Assembly (NCBI GenBank): GCA_964036045.1
Contig: OZ038378.1
Coordinates: forward strand, 176,018,001 to 176,082,000
DNA from: Eutreptiella sp. 'Long Island Sound 2002'
Taxonomy: Eukaryota; Protista; Euglenida
DNA length: 64,000 bases
Direction of reading: 5' to 3'
Each line of letters opens with the position of its first letter. The first letter of the stretch is position 1. The translations under genes were made by a program, and so were the position numbers. A model generated the notes under the pieces. That model did not search any database and was not told the origin of the DNA. It worked only from the letters and a program-made list of their open reading frames with translations. Positions 58,325 to 64,000 of the stretch are shown piece after piece.

Positions 58325-61251
58325 GTCCTGCTTGTAAGGTCAGGTCCTAGAGTTGCTGAGTAGTTGGGTGGGTGGTTCGGTGGGTGGGTTGCAGGAATAG
58401 ACGTTGATAAGGCAAACCGGCAATCTGAGTCGTCTGATCTGAGCAACCCACTCTAGTAGACCTCATCCCTGTGAAGACGTGCGTGTTTGCGGGTGTGTGC
58501 GTATGTCCATTTCATCCACCGCACCCTTGCTTTGTGGTGGCCCGAATCTGGGGCAACTGGATTGTGCACAAGGGAAGCGCGTAAGCGACAGGTTCGGGTG
58601 TGATACACACTCGACAACAAGTGAGTGGGGGCCAGAGGGGCTCCAATAGCCTCATGACCTCGGAGGCCGACCTTAGGCTGCACTGGTCCACAAGCACAGA
58701 AGTGAAAGAAAAGCAACAAGAATTGAAACAAAGCAGATGGAACACGCACATGTTGGAGTGTGAGCACCACAGGCATGCACACAGAAGAGGTGATCTGAGG
58801 CTGGCGCAATGTTCTCATGAAATCAAGCAATTTAAGATATTGTGAAACAAGCGCGAGGCACATTTCTCACAATCAGAGAGCACATCTACAGCTGGTGAAG
58901 TGGAGAGAAATAGTGGCCATGGGCTGGAGTTTCCTTTTTCGAGAGAGACCAGAACACATGAAAAAAACCAACACAGAACGCATCAAACCCTTCCCGCCTC
59001 TCGTCCAAAACAATCGGGCCGTTTTTCGGGCACCACAGATGGCAGAGCTTGGATCCACAGCCATGCAAGGCGGGCCCAGGTCAGAACAAACATCGCTGAT
59101 AATACTGTGCCTTGTGGTACCGCCAGTCCATGCGCCAGTTCATGTGCTTACCTTGGGGCTATTATGTAGTACACCCTACTTCTTTTATGTCACTGTACAG
59201 AGGAACAGACGCACAAACACAATGTCTGCCATCTCTCACACAAAAACTCCCATTGTAGCCAGAGTGGCTCTACATTAAGTGGCCAGTGTAACCCATGCAG
59301 CCTGCTTCTATTTTGCAGAGAACTTCAATTTCACTTCACGCCTCATCAGTGATACAATCAATATTAGAGTAATTCAACAGCAACAGTATTTCTTGCAGGT
59401 CACTTTTGAAAGATATGAACACAGCTTTCGATCAATGCACTCAATACACTGCCATCTTGGCCATTACAAAACCCCAGTCCGTGCTGATACACCACTGGTT
59501 CCTAGGCAGAGTTGCCGCTAACGTCCGGCAGCAAGTTGCATCATCATCCGGCAGCTTCTGGCAGGGATTGGGTCATGTCCGGCAGCGTTCAGCAGGGTAA
59601 TCACCACTCTCCCAGAAGCATAAATAGACGTTTTTAGGAGCCCCCCCTCCCCCCTTTGCCCCCTTCTGGGGGCTGTGGCAAAAATATGCGTAAAATAGTT
59701 TCACTGCTGTGCCCAAAATGTTGCTGCTGATCCACTGCGACCAATGTGACCCTGTTGTCCATGTTGCATGCCTCCATCCTCACCGTACAAGTTTATGGCG
59801 GGATCACGCCAGTCTCGGGTCACACGGCCGGTGGTCTAGGCATCACACGGCTCACATTACCTGTTGAGTGACGCCATGCAACCAACAACTACGTCGAGCG
59901 ACCTCCAGCAGAGGGTCAGGTCACGTCCGGTGGTGTGGCAGAGGGTTGCGGTCAGGTCCAGCGGACCCCGTTTTGTGTTCCTTGGCCATCTTGTCCACCC
60001 GACCGCCCATGACCGCAGACGTGCAAAACGGTCTTGCTGTGCCCTGGAGCCAATCCTTGGGGGCTCAATGCCACCGCGAGGTAGGTACCTGTAGCAACAG
60101 CTGGAGGTCCATCGTGTCAGCTTGGGACTGGTCACGCAAGGCCTGTACACTCTGCTGTCTGGGGGCTCGGGTGCACAGGTCCTGTACGCTGCACAGCGTC
60201 CAATTGGGGGCATAGAAGTCGCCCAGCTGATGGTAGCCCAGGGTCAGCGTCGTTTTGTGCACCGCGGGGGGCACGCTGGCATGTGTTGTGTGTGTTGGGG
60301 GGGGGGTGCATGTGTGTGACATGGAGCATTTTCTGGAACCCGCCGCATGAGGCACCCACTGCGTCAGTTACCCCTATCACCCCGAAACCGTGAACTGCTC
60401 AACTTGAGCTGTTAAAACGTCCAAGCACATGTGATGCAGAGCCAAATTTATTCTGTTGCCTTGGCCATGGATTTCAGGGGGTGCACATACCACTGGCGCT
60501 GGATGTGGGTCTATGTGGCGGAACTCATTCACTTGGAATTGCACTTCAAGAAAAAAGACCTTGTAGCAGAAGAAACTCTGATGTGTGTTGGGGGGGGGGG
60601 GCGTCTTGTTGAAATGAATCATTTCGGCCATGTGGGGCAGCCCAAGGAAGGGCACTCATGCAGCATCAGTGAGGGCACAGCCACTTGGGAGGAGTGTGTC
60701 AGGGTGGCCCAGAAAATATTTGTCCTTTCCCCAACAGCACAAGGTGCTTTGAGGAGCAAAAGGCGGCAACATCTTCAGCAAGTTGACTGCATGAAATAAA
60801 TGCCATTAATCTGGTGACGTGTAGAACTCCTCATGGGATGATGTCCAAACATGGGCAAAGAGGGATTGACTGGTCCCATCAGCCTTCGTCGCTTGGGCGA
60901 GTCCCTCACTGACCATTACTGAACGATCTTTAACAGCCATTATCAACCCAGCAGCAGCAGCGGTGGCGGCGCCGCCTATGGCAGCAACAACAGCATTGCC
61001 AACAGCAACAGCAATGACAGCAATCTTCGTCACCAGTTTGGATCCAACTGGTGACGAATGTTAATGTTCTTGTTTACTGGGCTTAGCTGTAACCTGCTCT
61101 CAATACATGAAATACATGAAAGCCACACGTACGTTCCACCTTTCATTAGCCTGTGTGAGATATGGCGCTGCTGTATTGGTGTTTAGATGTTTCGCGGAGG
61201 GTGTCACAGGGTGCACTGCCCCCTGCACTGCTGCTACCTGCGGTCCTCCAG

Positions 61252-61392
61252 GGCAACTGCAAAGTGTTCGACCCCGAAGACGACTCCCAGTACACCGTCG
61301 CGGCTACTGGGGACATGATTGGGGAGCGGGCTTGCATCTTCTTGGAGTCCCAGTGCAAATCTGTAACGACACTGAATACCGTTCAAGCGTGG
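61252..61392 (+). CDS. Multi-cNMP protein, exon 7
   Basis: GNCKVF...ATGDMIGERACIFLESQCKSVTTLNTVQAW contains GDxxGE; ctccag|GGC...TGG|gtattg, phase 0. Confidence 0.8.
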
Positions 61393-61809
61393 GTATTGGC
61401 GAATCCCTTTGCTTTCCCTCTTTACCCCCTTGCCTGGCGTTGCTGGTACACTCGTGCCACCCACCATCAAATCGCAATCTGCCTTTGTTTACCCCCCCCC
61501 CCCCACCCCCCCCAACCCACTGCCTAGTGTTTGGATCAAAAATGATCCGGATCACCTACCCCATAACCCCCCCCCCCCGGTGCCTGTTGCACGGAAGAAA
61601 CAAAAAGGTTTTGCATTTGTTCAAAGCGTATTACCATGGAATCGAAGCATGAAACGAACGCGGCGGATGTTGTCATCCGATTGGTGCTGACGCTTGGAAA
61701 CACTTGGACACACAGTTGGTGCCGCACTGTGAGAAAAAATCGTTCCATGTCATCACCGGAGGCTATCTGTGAATTCGAGAGAAGCACCCTCTAAAGCAAA
61801 AGCAAATGC

Positions 61810-61985
61810 CCAAAAATTGCAGGAAAATACGAGAAATTGCGAAATTGCGGGAAATTGCAAACCCCCCGCTCTACCAGGCACCAAAGCAGCTGCCTCAGGG
61901 TTGAGGAGGGTTGCATGCGCTGTCGCAATTTTCCCGCAATTTTCCTGCATTTCCCGCAATTCCCTCAATTTATCGCAATTGGATT
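61810..61985. repeat. Small foldback with inverted AATTGCG/CGCAATT sub-repeats (MITE-like)
   Basis: aaattgcaggaaaat...aaattgcgggaaattgc pairs with gcaattttcccgcaattttcctgcattt. Confidence 0.6.
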
Positions 61986-62469
61986 GCAAGGTCCATGACC
62001 ACCAAAAAGAAAAATCCCCCCCCCGCCCCACCTATTTGGTCGCTCCCCGGACTGCTGCACACATGGCACCGATCCAAAAGGTCCCGCTGCACTCCAAACA
62101 CAAATTGCGCGAAGCTGTATTGCCCTTGCCCCCCCGTCCCCCCCCGGCCCCATGAGCAGCCCTTCCCGTCTTCAGCAACACGATATTTTGTTTCGCGAAG
62201 TACAGCCTGAGGTCTTGACTGGCACGCAGTTGGCCGACGGTTGCAGCGCTCAACAGACGGCGTTCGTTGGTCAACCGCCGGTCAGTGATTGCCAATCGAC
62301 GCGGGGTAGCCCCCAACGGACAGCATTCGTTGGTTGGCCAGTGCTTGGCTGAGGTCCAGGCCCAAGGACTGCCCTGCCTCGTTCCTCTGTCTCGCCTCAA
62401 GCGCGCTCATGCCCTCCCTGCCCTGCCCTTTCCCAGGCGCCTGCTCGCCCTTCGCATTCCCTTTGGCAG

Positions 62470-62709
62470 AAACTCATGAAGTCCGATGTCATGGATGCGA
62501 TGCTCCTTCATCCCGACGCTTACCTCAAGGCCAAGGCGCGTCTCAATGAGCAATTTGCTGCGGCCATGCGCAAGCCCCCCATTGAGACCTTTTACGCAGC
62601 CCATCCCTTCCTGAACACCCTCTCGCAGCCCATCGTCCAGAAGTTCTACGATTGCCTGTGGCCCCGTGTTGTGGAGCCCCAGGCTGCCATTGTCAGTGCT
62701 GGCGAAAAG
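62470..62709 (+). CDS. Multi-cNMP protein, exon 8 (end of domain 2, start of a third domain); gene continues beyond the window
   Basis: KLMKSDVMDAM...HPFLNTLSQPIVQKFYDCLWPRVVEPQAAIVSAGEK; ttggcag|AAA...AAG|gtgcgt, 240 nt. Confidence 0.8.
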
Positions 62710-63061
62710 GTGCGTTGGGAAAAATCTTGAGGGACTTTATAGTAGCACTAAAGCAACATTTCTTGACGGGGCAGGATTGGTTTGTGTGAGGGCATTGAGT
62801 CATTTTGCGGAGTGGGTGAGCCGGGGAGCCGGGCAATCGGGACTGCCAACAGTCTTTGCTGGTGGATGAAGCAAGGCACCGGGGGGGGGGGAGCGACTCC
62901 GCGGGTCCTAGGACGCCAACTACCCCTGCCCCCCCCCCCCCCCCAAGGGGCCTCTGGCCAATAGTTAGTTGCCAAAGATGTCGCCCTTTGGTGTCCATGG
63001 GCGCTCCATGAACACTAAAGGTGCCCTAAGGAAAATTTTGTCCACTTTGCACCCCAACACT

Positions 63062-63120
63062 ATCCTTAAACCCAACCTCGACTCTAACGCCGACCGCAAC
63101 CCTCAGCCTACTCCTAACCA
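63062..63120 (+). repeat. Degenerate 6-bp periodic ACCCTA-like (telomere-repeat-like) tract
   Basis: aaccca acctcg actcta acgccg accgca accctc agccta ctccta. Confidence 0.4.
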
Positions 63121-63214
63121 AGATTGAATATTAGGACCCAGCTCGTGGGGGAAGAACATCGTCTAGGAGACTTCAACGACAAATGAGGTGCGCACTGGAA
63201 AGTGGATGAGAGCG

Positions 63215-63830
63215 GCTCAAAAGTGGCTCAAAATGAGCTGTATTCATTCGTTTGGTCACCACAACTGGACTAGGATCATGTTTGGAAAACCATGGTTTTG
63301 ACCCGTTTTTTCAGCCATCTGTGGTCCCAAATTGGCCCATTTTCAAGGCCCTTTTGGCCTTGAGACTTCCCAAATTGGCTCATTTTCAAGGCCCTTTCGG
63401 CCTTGAGAGGGGCCAAAATTGCTCAACATGGGCTCAAAATGGGCTCATTCCACTTGTTTGTGCACCCCAAATAGTCCAAAAGTATCTTTGGAAAAACATA
63501 TTTTTGATCCATTTTTGACTGCATTTTGGTCGCAAAACAACCCATTTCCAAGGCATTTTGTGACTCGGAGTGGCCCAATTGGCTTGCAATGGGCTCCAAA
63601 TGGGCTCATGTCACTTGTTTAGGCACTCCAAATGGTCTAGGATCATTTTTGAAAAAACCCATCTTTGACCCATTTTCGACCCATTTTTTGTCCCAAAACA
63701 GCCCATTTTTAAGGCATTTTGGGATTTTAGGAGGGCCAAAACGGGCCACCACGAGCTCAAAACGCGCCAAAAACACTTGTTTTGGCATTCCATGTGGTCT
63801 AGGATCATTTTTGAAAAAAGTCATTTTTTG
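63215..63830 (+). repeat. Degenerate ~161-162-bp tandem repeat rich in short A/T tracts; a related reverse-oriented fragment lies at ~25040-25150
   Basis: cacttgtt at 63451, 63612 and 63774; ggatcat at 63640 and 63802. Confidence 0.75.
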
Positions 63831-64000
63831 GCACCCGGTGGACCTTGTCGACCCATTTTGGCACCCACCTCTTTGGGCTACCTCTTGCAGCTTGCCGCAG
63901 CCCACTGGGCCTAGGTACGGGGGTCTAGGCGTCGGTTAGGGCAATTTTGAGGGGTGGAAACCACCAAAAGTGGGTGGCTGCTGGTGGATTTGGTGCGCTC

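Noticed and set aside
60806-61033. 75-aa Ala/Val-rich minus-strand ORF as a holin or small membrane protein
   Set aside because: The hydrophobicity derives from a CAG/CAA trinucleotide tract, the start is GTG within a palindrome, and the context is eukaryotic.
12285-62709. Euglenid non-conventional (non-GT-AG) introns
   Set aside because: Every junction I could reconstruct is explained by GT-AG with consistent phase. The unresolved transporter junction near 1180 cannot be judged.

Overview
Repeat-rich, intron-containing eukaryotic nuclear DNA, with no rRNA, intact tRNA or CRISPR array. Several features point to a euglenozoan protist, possibly a euglenid (inference, not verifiable here): multi-kb GT-AG introns packed with MITE-like elements, poly-G/poly-C tracts, and pyrimidine-tract/AG sites just upstream of start codons. 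Genes reconstructed by hand: (1) the 5' exon of a TPT/nucleotide-sugar transporter (minus strand); (2) an intronless DUF4291 gene (minus); (3) a 5-exon LOG/Lonely Guy phosphoribohydrolase with an unusual C-terminal tail anchor; (4) a 3-exon protein with a long disordered N-terminus and a stand-alone BPL_N/class I glutamine-amidotransferase-like domain; (5) a small Tudor/SH3-like ORF; (6) a gene of at least 8 exons over more than 23 kb, with an S/R-rich N-terminus, a tandem KRRGST array and at least three cyclic-nucleotide-binding (cNMP) domains, running off the right end. The rest is decayed or mobile: a frameshifted PhyH-like 2OG-Fe(II) dioxygenase with a Cys cluster, a Penelope-like RT fragment, elements bounded by terminal inverted repeats (TIRs) with readable 3-bp and 6-bp target-site duplications (TSDs), a tRNA-like sequence inside a TIR element, long hairpins, minisatellites and a ~162-bp periodic repeat. 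All exon models and domain calls come from manual translation and remembered motifs; no database search was run.
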